A stretch of DNA of 40,144 nucleotides from Chloroflexota bacterium. GTDB taxonomy: Bacteria > Chloroflexota > Dehalococcoidia > Dehalococcoidales > JAUWPF01. The notes under the pieces are model-generated. The model had not been told where the DNA came from, did not search any database, and saw only the letters and a program-made list of their open reading frames with translations. Positions 1 through 10,178 of this stretch are shown piece by piece; the first letter of the stretch is position 1, and each line of letters starts with the position of its first letter. The position numbers and the translations under genes were made by a program. The stretch covers positions 1-40,144 of the forward strand of contig JAUWPF010000001.1 in the NCBI GenBank assembly GCA_030611745.1, in the 5' to 3' direction.

Positions 1-144
1 TTCCCGGGCGATGGTGATGGACCCTAACGGCTCAGAAGACTCGTTCAGGACCTTGAGAATGGCTACTACCTTTCTTTCCGTGTCAGAGCCGGTGTTCTGT
101 ACCATGCGAACCCCCCTTAGAGGTTTAGCACCGATTATTGCCAT
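1..144 (-). CDS. NrpR-like (DUF128-type) nitrogen regulator, N-terminal part only; gene continues past the left edge
   Basis: Not in the ORF track because it is open at the window edge. Minus-strand translation from ATG at 144 is MAIIGAKPLRGVRMVQNTGSDTERKVVAILKVLNESSEPLGSITIARE. The segment ERKVVAILKVL..EPLG parallels ERKVIAILKVLSASPQPLGG of the NrpR-like ORF at 10179-11201. GGAGGGG lies 7 nt upstream of the ATG at 144; an alternative in-frame ATG is at 105. Confidence 0.6.
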   Translation of the reverse strand, partial: MAIIGAKPLRGVRMVQNTGSDTERKVVAILKVLNESSEPLGSITIARE

Positions 145-254
145 TATATCACCCCTCCATCAAAACCTAAATAGTTAGCATGTTGAACTCTGCCACATTA
201 TTTAATCAATATAGCTAACAATTTTTTAGAAAGTGATAACCAGTCTTCCTGCAT

Positions 255-3200
255 TTATTTTATATCCGCGTGGTAGCCCTGCAGAGACTTGACATCCGAT
301 CTACCCTTGAGGTAAGCGGTTATGCCTTTGACGGCAGCCATAGCGGCGGCTAACGTGGTGATATAGGGCACCCTATACTTGATGGCTGCCTTACGGATGT
401 ATGAGTCATCATACTGGCTCTGCTTGCCGCTGGGCGTATTGATTATCAGTTGAATTTCACCATTTACTATACTGTCTACAATGTTAGGTCGCCCCTCGTG
501 CATCTTGAGAATTAAGTCAGATTCGATACCGTGGCTAGCAAGAAGCTGAAGGGTGCCTTGAGTCGCCCTAATTTTAAAACCGAGCCCGGTAAATTGCTTT
601 ACCACTTTCAGCGCCGCAGGCCGGTCCTTCTCCGAAACAGTTATCAAGACCGCCCCCTTTGTTGGTAGCAATTGCCGTGCCGCCTCCTCGGCCTTAAAGA
701 ACGCCAGGCCAAATGAACCAGCGATTCCCAGCACCTCACCAGTCGAGCGCATTTCAGGCCCTAAAATGGGGTCCACTTCAGGAAACATGGGAAATGGGAA
801 AACAGCCTCTTTGACCCCGAAATAAGGAATCTTTTGAGGCTTGATATCGAGCTCGGCCAGCTTCTTGCCCAGCACGATCTGGGTTGCTACATGGACCATA
901 GAGATATTACAAACCTTTGAGACGATTGGCACGGTGCGTGATGCCCGCGGGTTGGCTTCCAATACATAAACAACATCTTTGGCGATGGCGTATTGAATAT
1001 TCATCAGGCCGATAACATGAAGTGCCCGGGCAATTTTTTTCGTGTATTCATAAATCGTATTGATGTGCCTGGCAGGTATGCTGACGGACGGGATCACACA
1101 GGCTGAATCGCCAGAATGGACACCGGCTAATTCGATGTGCTCCATAACTGCGGGCACAAATACATCGGTCCCGTCAGCAATGGCATCTACTTCGGCCTCG
1201 ATTGCGTTTTCAAGAAACCTGTCGATGAGGATGGGGCGGTCGGGAGTAACCCCCACTGCTGTGGCAACATATTCTTTGAGCATCTCCTCGTCATAGACTA
1301 CCTGCATGCCACGTCCGCCCAACACATATGATGGTCGCACTATTAAGGGATACCCGATTTGCTCGGCAATACCTAGTGCCTCCTTCAGGTTACTGGCCAT
1401 CCCGGATTCCGGCATGGGAATGCCAAGCTCTTGCATCATCTGGCAGAAACGGTCTCGGTCCTCAGCAAGGTCTATGGTTTCAGGGGACGTGCCTAAGACT
1501 TTGACTCCAGCCTCGGCCAATTCGTTGGCAATGTTGAGCGGGGTCTGACCGCCGAACTGAACAATTATACCTTCAGGCTTCTCCTCTTCGTAGATATTCA
1601 AAACATCTTCAACTGTCAGTGGCTCGAAATAGAGCCTATCCGATGTGTCGTAGTCGGTTGAAACTGTCTCGGGGTTACAGTTAATCATTATCGACTCGTA
1701 TCCCTCGTCACGTAAGGCAACAGCGGCATGAACACAGCAGTAGTCGAATTCTATTCCCTGGCCGATGCGGATTGGGCCACTGCCGATGACTATGGCTTTC
1801 TTTTTTTCAAGAGGCTGTGCTTCGTCCTCCTGCTCGTAGGTGCTATAGAAATACGGCGTGCTGGCATCAAATTCGGCAGCGCAGGTATCGACAATCTTAT
1901 AAACGGGCTGTACATTCCAACTACGACGCAGCTGCCTTACATCCCCGTGAAGCCTGTCTGTTAGGGCTCCGATTTGCTCGTCGGAGAAACCGAGCCGCTT
2001 TACCTGCCAGATAAGTTCGGGAGTCAGCGGTTGGGATCGAAGTGTCTTTTCCATATCCACAATATTCTGAAGCTTGGTAGTAAACCACAAGTCGATCTTG
2101 GTATGTTCCGTAATAGCCTCAGGAGTTATCCCTCTTCTTAAGGCAGCCATTATTGCCCACAATCTCAAGTCATTTGGCTCCAGGGGATAGGAATTGATAC
2201 CGGTTGCCTGCTTCCACCTAGGGTCTTCCCAAAGGAGTGATCTCCTGCTCAACTCCAGAGAGCGCACCGCTTTCTGGAGGGCAGCCTCAAAACAACGGTC
2301 AATAGCCATTGCTTCGCCAGTGGCCTTCATCTGGGTGCCAAGAGTGTGGTTACCGGAGGCAAACTTGTCAAACGGCCAGTGGGGAATCTTAACCACCACA
2401 TAGTCCAATGCTGGCTCAAAGGAGGCCATTGTTTTACCAGTTATCTGGTTTGGAATTTCGTCCAGTTTCTTGCCCACAGCTATTTTGGTAGCGACCCGGG
2501 CAATGGGGTAGCCGGTGGCCTTACTGGCTAAGGCTGAGCTGCGGCTTACCCGAGGATTAACCTCAATCACATAGTATTTCTCGCTTTTAGGGTCAAGGGC
2601 GAACTGGACATTACAACCCCCTTCAACCCCGAGGGCACGGATAATCTTGAGGCTGGCTGTTCGTAACATCTGATATTCTTTATTAGTCAGCGTCTGACTT
2701 GGCGCGACAACGATGCTATCACCGGTATGAACTCCCATTGGGTCGATGTTTTCCATGTTACAAACCGTGATGCAGTTGTCGGCACCGTCTCGCATCACTT
2801 CATACTCAATCTCTTTCCAGCCAACCACTGATTTCTCGAGCAGCACTTGTTGGATCGGGCTAGCTGCCAACCCTCTGGTAACTGCCGTCCCCAGTTCCTC
2901 CCGGTTATTAGCCATGCCACTACCAGTTCCACCCAAGGTGTAGGCCGGACGGATTATCAGGGGTAGGCCTATCTCCTTAGCTGCTTCTCTCGCTTGTTCC
3001 AGAGTATTGACGCTGACACTACTCGGTACTGGCTCCCCGATATCAATTAGCAGCTGCTTGAATAACTCTCGGTCTTCGGCCTTTTTTATCGTCTGAATTG
3101 GTGTCCCCAGGCTTCTTACCTTGTATTTATCAAGAATGCCGGCATCAGCCAGGTCTACAGCGAGATTAAGTCCGGTCTGTCCGCCGAGAGTGGGCAGCAA

Positions 3201-3443
3201 TCCGTCAGGGCGCTCCCGCTTGATAATGTGAGTAAGCACATCTACAGTGAGAGGCTCAATGTAGACAATATCGGCGATGCCCTCGTCGGTCATGATAGTG
3301 GCCGGGTTTGAATTGACAAGGACCGAGGTTACTCTCTCCTCCCGCATCGCCTTGCATGCCTGGGGGCCGGCATAGTCGAACTCAGCCGCCTGCCCGATGA
3401 TAATAGGCCCTGAACCGATGATTAAAACCTTAGATGGTTTCAA
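255..3443 (-). CDS. carB: carbamoyl-phosphate synthase large subunit
   Basis: 1062 aa with two ATP-grasp halves ([26 protein letters not shown]... and [26 protein letters not shown]...) and a C-terminal MGS-like domain. It sits directly downstream of carA. Confidence 0.97.
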   Translation of the reverse strand: MKPSKVLIIGSGPIIIGQAAEFDYAGPQACKAMREERVTSVLVNSNPATIMTDEGIADIVYIEPLTVDVLTHIIKRERPDGLLPTLGGQTGLNLAVDLADAGILDKYKVRSLGTPIQTIKKAEDRELFKQLLIDIGEPVPSSVSVNTLEQAREAAKEIGLPLIIRPAYTLGGTGSGMANNREELGTAVTRGLAASPIQQVLLEKSVVGWKEIEYEVMRDGADNCITVCNMENIDPMGVHTGDSIVVAPSQTLTNKEYQMLRTASLKIIRALGVEGGCNVQFALDPKSEKYYVIEVNPRVSRSSALASKATGYPIARVATKIAVGKKLDEIPNQITGKTMASFEPALDYVVVKIPHWPFDKFASGNHTLGTQMKATGEAMAIDRCFEAALQKAVRSLELSRRSLLWEDPRWKQATGINSYPLEPNDLRLWAIMAALRRGITPEAITEHTKIDLWFTTKLQNIVDMEKTLRSQPLTPELIWQVKRLGFSDEQIGALTDRLHGDVRQLRRSWNVQPVYKIVDTCAAEFDASTPYFYSTYEQEDEAQPLEKKKAIVIGSGPIRIGQGIEFDYCCVHAAVALRDEGYESIMINCNPETVSTDYDTSDRLYFEPLTVEDVLNIYEEEKPEGIIVQFGGQTPLNIANELAEAGVKVLGTSPETIDLAEDRDRFCQMMQELGIPMPESGMASNLKEALGIAEQIGYPLIVRPSYVLGGRGMQVVYDEEMLKEYVATAVGVTPDRPILIDRFLENAIEAEVDAIADGTDVFVPAVMEHIELAGVHSGDSACVIPSVSIPARHINTIYEYTKKIARALHVIGLMNIQYAIAKDVVYVLEANPRASRTVPIVSKVCNISMVHVATQIVLGKKLAELDIKPQKIPYFGVKEAVFPFPMFPEVDPILGPEMRSTGEVLGIAGSFGLAFFKAEEAARQLLPTKGAVLITVSEKDRPAALKVVKQFTGLGFKIRATQGTLQLLASHGIESDLILKMHEGRPNIVDSIVNGEIQLIINTPSGKQSQYDDSYIRKAAIKYRVPYITTLAAAMAAVKGITAYLKGRSDVKSLQGYHADIK

Positions 3444-3460
3444 GTTTTTTATTCCTATAT

Positions 3461-4552
3461 CTACTTTGCCTCCTTTACCATCTCCAGAAACCTGTCAAAG
3501 AGGTAGGTGTTATCCAGGGGGCCGGGGGAAGCCTCGGAATGATACTGGATGGCAAATATGGGGAGCTCCTTATGGCGCAGGCCCTCTATTGTGTCGTCAT
3601 TAAGGTTTATGTGGGTAACTTCTAAGCCATCTCTGAGAGTGTCCGGGTCAACGGCATAACCATGGTTTTGAGCCGTGATATAGATTCTGCCGGTAGCTAA
3701 CTCACGGACAGGATGGTTACCGCCGCGGTGGCCAAACTTCAACTTGAATGTCCTGGCGCCAAAGGCGCGGGCAATAAGCTGATTACCCAGGCAAATACCC
3801 ATAATTGGCTTCTTACCGGTGAGCTGCTTAACTGTAGCCACTATGTAATCCAGTAACTCAGGGTCTCCTGGGCCTGGAGAGAGGAGAATGCCATCCGGCT
3901 TCAGGCTGAGGATTTCCTCTGCTGACATAGTGCAGGGCACAACGGTTATCTTGCAGCCCAAGCGGTTCAGGATACGGAGGATGTTATACTTCAAGCCGCA
4001 GTCCAGAACAACAATATGGTATATCGTCGCCGGGCCCTCCGGCTGCCACTGATAGGGGGCCTGGGTAGTTACCTGTCTGACAAAATCAATTGAGCCATAG
4101 TTGGGCACCTTCTGTAATTCTTCCAGGGCCTCCTGCGGAGCCTTATTACTGGTTATCATTCCCATCATTACCCCGCCTGAGCGCAGCCGGCGAGTTATCG
4201 CCCGGGTATCCACGCCGTGAATTCCAGGGATGCCGTTTTCGGCTAGATATTGGTGAATGGTCTTTTGGCTTAAGTGGTGATTGGGCTTGAGGCATTCCTC
4301 CCTGACGACGAAGCCTCTAACCTGTATTCTGGCGGATTCAAAATCTTGCTCATTAATGCCGTAGTTGCCGATGAGGGGATAGGTTGGAACCAGAATCTGT
4401 CCGGCGTAGGAGGGGTCGGTCAGCATCTCCTGATAGCCAATCATGCTGGTGCAAAATACTACCTCACCAAAGGAGGCGTCAGCCTCGGCACCAAAGGAGT
4501 ATCCCTGATACATCGAGCCGTCTTCCAAAACTAAAAATGCCTGTTTACTCAT
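3461..4552 (-). CDS. carA: carbamoyl-phosphate synthase small (glutamine amidotransferase) subunit
   Basis: 363 aa. N-terminal CPSase small-chain domain ([16 protein letters not shown]) and a class I GATase with nucleophile context GICLGNQL and a C-terminal [10 protein letters not shown] motif. 17 nt upstream of carB. Confidence 0.97.
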   Translation of the reverse strand: MSKQAFLVLEDGSMYQGYSFGAEADASFGEVVFCTSMIGYQEMLTDPSYAGQILVPTYPLIGNYGINEQDFESARIQVRGFVVREECLKPNHHLSQKTIHQYLAENGIPGIHGVDTRAITRRLRSGGVMMGMITSNKAPQEALEELQKVPNYGSIDFVRQVTTQAPYQWQPEGPATIYHIVVLDCGLKYNILRILNRLGCKITVVPCTMSAEEILSLKPDGILLSPGPGDPELLDYIVATVKQLTGKKPIMGICLGNQLIARAFGARTFKLKFGHRGGNHPVRELATGRIYITAQNHGYAVDPDTLRDGLEVTHINLNDDTIEGLRHKELPIFAIQYHSEASPGPLDNTYLFDRFLEMVKEAK

Positions 4553-4757
4553 ATTATCTTTCAGAACTCTGTTACCTCTTCATTCCAAGCTACCTAATCT
4601 CTGGTCAACTTGTTATCATCCTCTTGAACCCATTGGTAATGGGTAGCCTTCTGTCTCTCCCAAAGGCCTTGGGTTTTTCTTAGTGCCGGGTGGTGCCCGC
4701 CGATGTTGACGTCGGCGTATACTAACCCACTTGCCCTCAGCTCTGAATACCTTCGGC

Positions 4758-6101
4758 TTATAAGACTGGCAGATATCTCTTAAGCTCGTAATCGGTTACC
4801 TGAGTCCGGTACAGGTCCCACTCAATTTTCTTGTTTTTAATGAACGCATCGAAGACATGGTCGCCCAGAGCCTTACGTACTAGCTCACTCTTTGCTGTCA
4901 GTTGAAGCGCCTCCCAGAGGCTGGCAGGTAGAGTATCTATACCTCTTTTCTGCCTCTCCTCCTCGCTCATCTCATATACATTTTCTCCTACCGGCTCCGG
5001 GGCTTCATATCCCTTCTCAATTCCTTCCAGACCAGCCGCCAGCATAACACTGAAGGCAAGATAGGGATTGCAGGCAGGGTCAGGTGACCTGAACTCAATC
5101 CTGGTGGCATTTTCTTTACCTGGCCGGTACTCAGGAACACGAATGAGATCAGACCGGTTCCGTCTTGCCCAGGAAAGATAGACTGGTGCCTCATAGCCGG
5201 GAACCAGCCGCTTGTAGGAATTGACCCACTGGTTACAGACCAGGGTGATTTCAGGGGCATGCCTCAGCAGCCCGGCTATATAGTACCTGGCCTCTTGAGA
5301 GAGATGATACTCATCGCCTTTGTCGAAGAAGGCGTTGCGCTCACCTTTGAAAAGCGACTGGTGCACATGCATCCCACTGCCATTTATGCCGAAAACAGGT
5401 TTGGGCATAAAGGTAGCATAAACCTCGTGCTTCAAGGCGACTTGCTTGACCACCAGGCGGTAGGTCATCACGTTGTCGGCCATGGTCAGGGCATCGGTGT
5501 ACCTCATATCTATTTCGTGCTGGCTCTCAGCGACCTCGTGGTGGGAGTACTCAATGCCGATACCCATCTCCTCCAGGGTGAGCACCGTGTCTCTCCTCAG
5601 GTCGGTGGCCGCGTCAAGGGGGGTCATATCAAAGTAGCCTCCCTTGTCCAGTGGCTCAGTTCCTTTTGAGTCTCTAAAGTAGAAATACTCAAGCTCCGGC
5701 CCCACATAAAAGGTATAACCCATGTCGGCCACCCGTTTCAGATTTCTCTTTAACACATACCTGGGGTCGCCTTCAAAGGGTTCACCACCGGGCTTTAAGA
5801 CATCGCAGAACATTCTGGCCACGGCTTGCTCCCTCGGCCGCCAGGGAAGAAGTTGAAATGTATCCGGGTCAGGCAGCGCCACCATATCGCTTTCATCGAT
5901 GCGGGCAAAACCCTCGATAGATGAGCCATCAAACCCCATCCCCTCCTCCAGGGCACCTTCCAGTTCCTCCACGGTAATGGTAAAGCTCTTCAGGAAACCG
6001 AGGATATCAGTAAACCACAGCCCGATAAACCTTACATCACGCTCCTTCGCCATCTTGAGAACATATTCTTTGGCTTCTATGACTTCTTTGACTTTAGCCA
6101 T
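4758..6101 (-). CDS. glnA: glutamine synthetase, type I
   Basis: 447 aa with typical GSI motifs (FDGSSIEGF, MPKPVFGINGSGMHVHQSL, NPYLAF). Last gene of the amt-PII-glnA string. Confidence 0.95.
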   Translation of the reverse strand: MAKVKEVIEAKEYVLKMAKERDVRFIGLWFTDILGFLKSFTITVEELEGALEEGMGFDGSSIEGFARIDESDMVALPDPDTFQLLPWRPREQAVARMFCDVLKPGGEPFEGDPRYVLKRNLKRVADMGYTFYVGPELEYFYFRDSKGTEPLDKGGYFDMTPLDAATDLRRDTVLTLEEMGIGIEYSHHEVAESQHEIDMRYTDALTMADNVMTYRLVVKQVALKHEVYATFMPKPVFGINGSGMHVHQSLFKGERNAFFDKGDEYHLSQEARYYIAGLLRHAPEITLVCNQWVNSYKRLVPGYEAPVYLSWARRNRSDLIRVPEYRPGKENATRIEFRSPDPACNPYLAFSVMLAAGLEGIEKGYEAPEPVGENVYEMSEEERQKRGIDTLPASLWEALQLTAKSELVRKALGDHVFDAFIKNKKIEWDLYRTQVTDYELKRYLPVL

Positions 6102-6125
6102 CTCTTTGAACCTCCTTAAATTTGA

Positions 6126-6473
6126 CTAGAGTGCCTCTTCGCCTTTCTCCCCGGTTCTTACTCTAATCACGCTTTCCACAGGATAGATGAAAATCTTGCC
6201 ATCGCCGACCTCGCCGGTCCTGGCACTGGTCACAATCGTATCCACTATCTGATTTACCTCACTGTCCCGAGCCACAATTTCCAGCTTTATCTTTGGTGGG
6301 AACTCCACCTCGAATGTTGTGCCGCGAAACTGTTCCTTAAGCCCTTTCTGTTTCCCATGTCCCTCAACGGGAGTCTTTGTCATTCCAGGGTAGCCTGCTT
6401 TTTTTAAAGCATCCTTTACCTCCTCAAATTTTTCTATTCTGATTATGGCTTCTATCTTTTTCATTTTCTTCAC
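6126..6473 (-). CDS. glnK: PII nitrogen regulatory protein (GlnK/GlnB family)
   Basis: 115 aa. T-loop GHGKQKGLKEQFRGTTFEV and C-terminal GDGKIFIYPVESVIRVRTGE. Immediately downstream of amt, the classic amt-glnK pairing. The T-loop has Phe where E. coli has Tyr51. Confidence 0.93.
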   Translation of the reverse strand: MKKMKKIEAIIRIEKFEEVKDALKKAGYPGMTKTPVEGHGKQKGLKEQFRGTTFEVEFPPKIKLEIVARDSEVNQIVDTIVTSARTGEVGDGKIFIYPVESVIRVRTGEKGEEAL

Positions 6474-6496
6474 GCCCCCTTACTTATCCCTTCCGG

Positions 6497-7900
6497 TTAG
6501 CTTTTCCGCATGGTAACAAAGTCCGGGTAGGCTGGAGTGCCGTGCTCGGGTATATCCAGACCCTGAAGTTCCTCTTCGGGAGATATGCGGACACCGAAAG
6601 CCTTGTCCATTAGCTTAAAGGTTAGGTACCCCGTACCGAATGCCCAGGCAAAAACTACTATGCAGCTGATAAACTGGGCGAGTAGCTGTTCACCACCGCC
6701 GCCGTAGAGTAGTCCGGTAACATAAGGTGCCTCAACTGAATAATTACCGTAGGTGCCATCGGCAAAGAAACCAAGGCTCAGCAGTCCCCATAGCCCACAG
6801 GTACCATGCACACTTATGGCGCCCACCGGGTCGTCTATCCCCTTAGCTTCAAGGAACTTGACACTGGCATACATCAGCCCTCCGGCAATAAGACCGATTG
6901 CAATGGCCGCCCAGCCTTCTACCCAGGCACAGGGAGCAGTAATCGCAACCAGGCCTGCTACCGCGCCGTTTAAAGCCATACCGGTATCCCATTTCTTGGT
7001 TCTCCATTTAGCTATAAGTAATGCTGAGAGTGTTGCCGCTGCCGCTGCCAGGTTGGTATTGACAGCGATAACCGCTATTCTCAGGTGATGGGCGTTACAG
7101 GTGCTGCCGGAGTTAAAGCCAAACCAGCCAAACCACAGGATGAAGACCCCCAGGGCAGCCAGCACTATACTGTGGCCCGGGATTGCCCGCGGCTTGCCAT
7201 CTCTATCATACTTGCCAAACCTGGGTCCGAGAACCATTGCCCCGGCCAGGCCAACGAAGCCACCGATAGCATGGACCACCCCCGAACCGGCGAAGTCTAC
7301 AGCCCCCAATCCGAAGGGCAGTTGAGAGAGCCAGCCCCCTCCCCAGACCCAGTGACCATAGATGGGGTAAATAATGGCACTGACTACTATGCTGTAGATA
7401 AAATAAGCCTTGAACTTCAGCCGCTCGGCAACAGCTCCGGAGACGATGGTAGCGGCTGTAGCGCAGAAGACCAGCATCCAGAACATATTGAGATATTTAT
7501 CTACATCATAGTAATCACCGAGCATAAGCCAGCCTTCGGTGCCCCAGAGGCCGTGCCAATCACCACCCATCATTATGGCGTAACCGATGATGAAAAAGAC
7601 GAGCGAGCCAGTGACATAATCCATCAGATTCTTGGTCATCAAATTGGTGGCGTTCTTGGCCCGACAAAATCCCGCCTCCAGCATAGCAAAGCCAGGCTGC
7701 ATGAACATTACCAGGAAGGCGCAGACCAGTATCCACACATAATCTACCGCCGCATCCGCTGTCCCTCCTAGCCCAGTGGGGTCAGCAGCCAGAGCTATAC
7801 TGCCTCTCATTGCTGCCCACGCCAGCCATACCAGGCAGACGAGGCTGAGGGTTAATCCTACTCTTACTACTATCCTCATCACATTGCTTCTCAGATTCAT
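6497..7900 (-). CDS. amt: ammonium transporter (Amt family)
   Basis: 467 aa polytopic membrane protein with Amt signatures (DFAGSGVVHAIGGFVGLAGA, ISVHGTCGLWGLL). GGAGGA Shine-Dalgarno 6 nt upstream of the ATG. Confidence 0.95.
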   Translation of the reverse strand: MNLRSNVMRIVVRVGLTLSLVCLVWLAWAAMRGSIALAADPTGLGGTADAAVDYVWILVCAFLVMFMQPGFAMLEAGFCRAKNATNLMTKNLMDYVTGSLVFFIIGYAIMMGGDWHGLWGTEGWLMLGDYYDVDKYLNMFWMLVFCATAATIVSGAVAERLKFKAYFIYSIVVSAIIYPIYGHWVWGGGWLSQLPFGLGAVDFAGSGVVHAIGGFVGLAGAMVLGPRFGKYDRDGKPRAIPGHSIVLAALGVFILWFGWFGFNSGSTCNAHHLRIAVIAVNTNLAAAAATLSALLIAKWRTKKWDTGMALNGAVAGLVAITAPCAWVEGWAAIAIGLIAGGLMYASVKFLEAKGIDDPVGAISVHGTCGLWGLLSLGFFADGTYGNYSVEAPYVTGLLYGGGGEQLLAQFISCIVVFAWAFGTGYLTFKLMDKAFGVRISPEEELQGLDIPEHGTPAYPDFVTMRKS

Positions 7901-7984
7901 AGCTATCCTCCTCTCTAAAAGAAGGATAACAGCCAGATGTTTCCAACAGATTACAGCCAGATTAAATCTATGTTACGGAAATTA

Positions 7985-9502
7985 TTAATTAGAGATACCG
8001 GAGGAGAACCCGCCTCTCCACCTACCCATGGATTCAACCTCCCCCTCGGTGTTGAAGAAGTCCCTGAATATTTTGAAGTAGTAAAGCTCTTCCTTGGATG
8101 AAATTCCAACCCAATCAAATTGCCTTTTCGCTTTATCGAATTCAGCGTCCGATATTTCATCCCCGGCAACCTCTATGAGTAGCCGCTCTGAGCCGCAGCC
8201 AGCGGCAAATTCCATCTTGGTTCTCCACAGAACCTCATCGGGTAAGTAGCCAGTGAATGCCTGCCTCAGGAGCCACTTTTCAATATCATCCTTTCCGTTG
8301 TTTGATACCTTCAAGCCGGGGTCAACAGACATCGCATATTCCACGAGGTCTATATCAAGAAACGGCACTCTTCCCTCGATAGAGTGTGCCATGGTGGCGC
8401 GGTCTACCCTCTGGAGGTTCATATTGTGCAGCCCGGTGAGAATCCTCATTGATTCTCTATGGACCTCTGCCTCACTGGCAAATTGCTTGATGTAGTGATA
8501 GCCGGCAAATATCTCGTCCGCTCCCTCACCGGTAAGTATGACCTTCACGTAGTCCCCGGCCAGCCGCGAGACGAAGTAGGTTGGAATGGCGCTTCGCACC
8601 AGAGGAGGGTCGAAGGATTCGAGGTGGTATATAACATCGGGCAACACCTTGATTATCTCGTCTCGGTCGTATACATATTCGTGGTGCTCGGTGCCCAGGA
8701 AACCGGCAACCTTTCTGGCATATCCCAGGTCGGTAGCCCCTTCTACCCCCACAGAGAAGGTATCCAGGTGGTCAAAGTGCTGCTTCGATACGGCGCATAT
8801 TAAGCTGCTATCAATGCCACCACTGAGAAAGCAGCCTAACGGGACATCAGACATCCAGCGCTTCTGCACTGCTTTACTCAATCTCCGGTGTAGCCCCTCG
8901 GTTATCTTGTCTATATCCTCTTCCCAGCACTCGATCTCCGGGAGCCGGTAGTATTGAACCAGCCCTTCTTTCGAAGAGTAGTAGTGCCCGGGAAGGAACT
9001 CCTGAATGCTATCTACTACTCCCTCCAGTGCCTTAATTTCAGAGGCGAAGAAGAGGCAGCCATCCTTCTGCCCCTGATACAGGGGCTTTATCCCCAGTGG
9101 GTCTCGGGCAACAAAGATATCCCTTCCGTCGTAGAGCACAAAGGCAAACATCCCGTCCAGCCTTGAAACCGATTCTTCTCCCTCTTCCTCAAAGAGATGA
9201 AGGAGCACCTCGGTATCTGAATTGGTGCGGAAGTGGTGTTGAGAGAGTTCATCTTTCAGTGTCAGGTAGTTGTAAATCTCACCGTTGCATATAACACATT
9301 TTTGCCCATCCTCAGCGAATATCGGCTGCCTGCCGCCGGCCACATCTATTATGGAAAGCCTTCTTTGCCCCAGGGCAATATTGCTATCCACATAGGTATC
9401 ATGGTCATCCGGACCGCGGTGAGACAACCTATCCAGCATGGTATCCAGATAGGGCGCCCACTGGCCGGCATTATCTCCATAGATGGCAATAATTCCACAC
9501 AC
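7985..9502 (-). CDS. asnB: asparagine synthase (glutamine-hydrolysing)
   Basis: 505 aa. N-terminal Ntn amidotransferase start MCGIIAIYG and PP-loop motif FLSGGIDSSLI. Confidence 0.9.
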   Translation of the reverse strand: MCGIIAIYGDNAGQWAPYLDTMLDRLSHRGPDDHDTYVDSNIALGQRRLSIIDVAGGRQPIFAEDGQKCVICNGEIYNYLTLKDELSQHHFRTNSDTEVLLHLFEEEGEESVSRLDGMFAFVLYDGRDIFVARDPLGIKPLYQGQKDGCLFFASEIKALEGVVDSIQEFLPGHYYSSKEGLVQYYRLPEIECWEEDIDKITEGLHRRLSKAVQKRWMSDVPLGCFLSGGIDSSLICAVSKQHFDHLDTFSVGVEGATDLGYARKVAGFLGTEHHEYVYDRDEIIKVLPDVIYHLESFDPPLVRSAIPTYFVSRLAGDYVKVILTGEGADEIFAGYHYIKQFASEAEVHRESMRILTGLHNMNLQRVDRATMAHSIEGRVPFLDIDLVEYAMSVDPGLKVSNNGKDDIEKWLLRQAFTGYLPDEVLWRTKMEFAAGCGSERLLIEVAGDEISDAEFDKAKRQFDWVGISSKEELYYFKIFRDFFNTEGEVESMGRWRGGFSSGISN

Positions 9503-9504
9503 CG

Positions 9505-10176
9505 CTAATCCTCCTTTACAAATCTGTAGCCGATGTTCCGCACTGTTTCAATGAACGTATGGGTTGAGTCCTCAATCTTGCTCCTGAGTCTTCTGATGTG
9601 GACGTCTACTGTCCTGTCCCCACCGTAGTAGTCGTAGCCCCAGACCTTGTTGAGCAAAGCCTCACGGGTAAACACCTTTCCCTTGTTACCCACCAGAAAC
9701 TTGAGCAGTTCATACTCCCTGAAGGTTAACGCTACCAACCTGCCTTCTATGGACACCTCGCACCTGGAAAGGTCTATTACCAGGTCACCGCATTTAACTA
9801 GCTCGCTGCTGTCCCTGTTGCTTTCTCTGTACTGGAGCCGTTCTACCCTTAATGCTAGTTCCGTTACCTCGCAGGGCATGATGATGAAATCATCTACGCT
9901 CAGGTCGCCGTCAAGGCTATCAAGGCTCTCCTTATTGACCAGGGCGATAACAGGCAGATGCCTTTTTTCCTTGAGCCTTTGGGCCAGCTCCCGCCTGGAA
10001 TCAGGCGAGTGGCCGTCCATTTCCACCAGCACTAAATCATGGGCTTGCTCGGCAACCTGCCTGACCAGTTCCCCTCTATCAGAAGCAAGCGAGCAGGCAA
10101 AGCCCCTCTGGGTGAGCCCCGAGCGCAACTTCTTTACCGCTTCGTTTTCTCCAGCTATTATGAGTAGGCTAAACAA
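9505..10176 (-). CDS. OmpR/PhoB-family DNA-binding regulator with a degenerate (pseudo-)receiver domain
   Basis: 223 aa. The C-terminal winged helix is canonical (LTFREYELLKFLVGNKGKVFTREALLNKVWGYDYYGGDRTVDVHIRRLRSKI...GYRF). In the receiver, the conserved DD, phospho-Asp, Thr/Ser and Lys positions read AG (8-9), E52, V80 and M100. No histidine kinase gene is in the window. Confidence 0.85.
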   Translation of the reverse strand: MFSLLIIAGENEAVKKLRSGLTQRGFACSLASDRGELVRQVAEQAHDLVLVEMDGHSPDSRRELAQRLKEKRHLPVIALVNKESLDSLDGDLSVDDFIIMPCEVTELALRVERLQYRESNRDSSELVKCGDLVIDLSRCEVSIEGRLVALTFREYELLKFLVGNKGKVFTREALLNKVWGYDYYGGDRTVDVHIRRLRSKIEDSTHTFIETVRNIGYRFVKED

Positions 10177-10178
10177 GA

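Noticed and set aside
4553-4757. PyrR-type attenuator or terminator upstream of carA, based on GACCAGAGATTAGG (partly resembling the PyrR binding loop) and a CCCAAAGGCCTTGGG hairpin.
   Set aside because: The PyrR-like string departs from the consensus at several positions. The hairpin's T-run is on the plus strand, where no gene is transcribed. This is insufficient to call.
7085-7771. Long antisense ORFs inside well-supported genes. Examples: 7085-7771(+) in amt, 9647-10198(+) in the response regulator, 15952-16536(+) in the oxidoreductase, 29037-29675(+) over mogA, 30298-30810(-) in the ABC-F gene, 35490-35984(-) in rsmH, 37527-38030(-) and 38270-38845(-) in ftsZ, 22840-23421(+) in rho.
   Set aside because: They lie fully opposite strongly recognisable genes. 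Their translations are low-complexity and rich in Arg, Ser and Pro, and they lack any motif. They are typical shadow ORFs of moderately GC-rich coding DNA.
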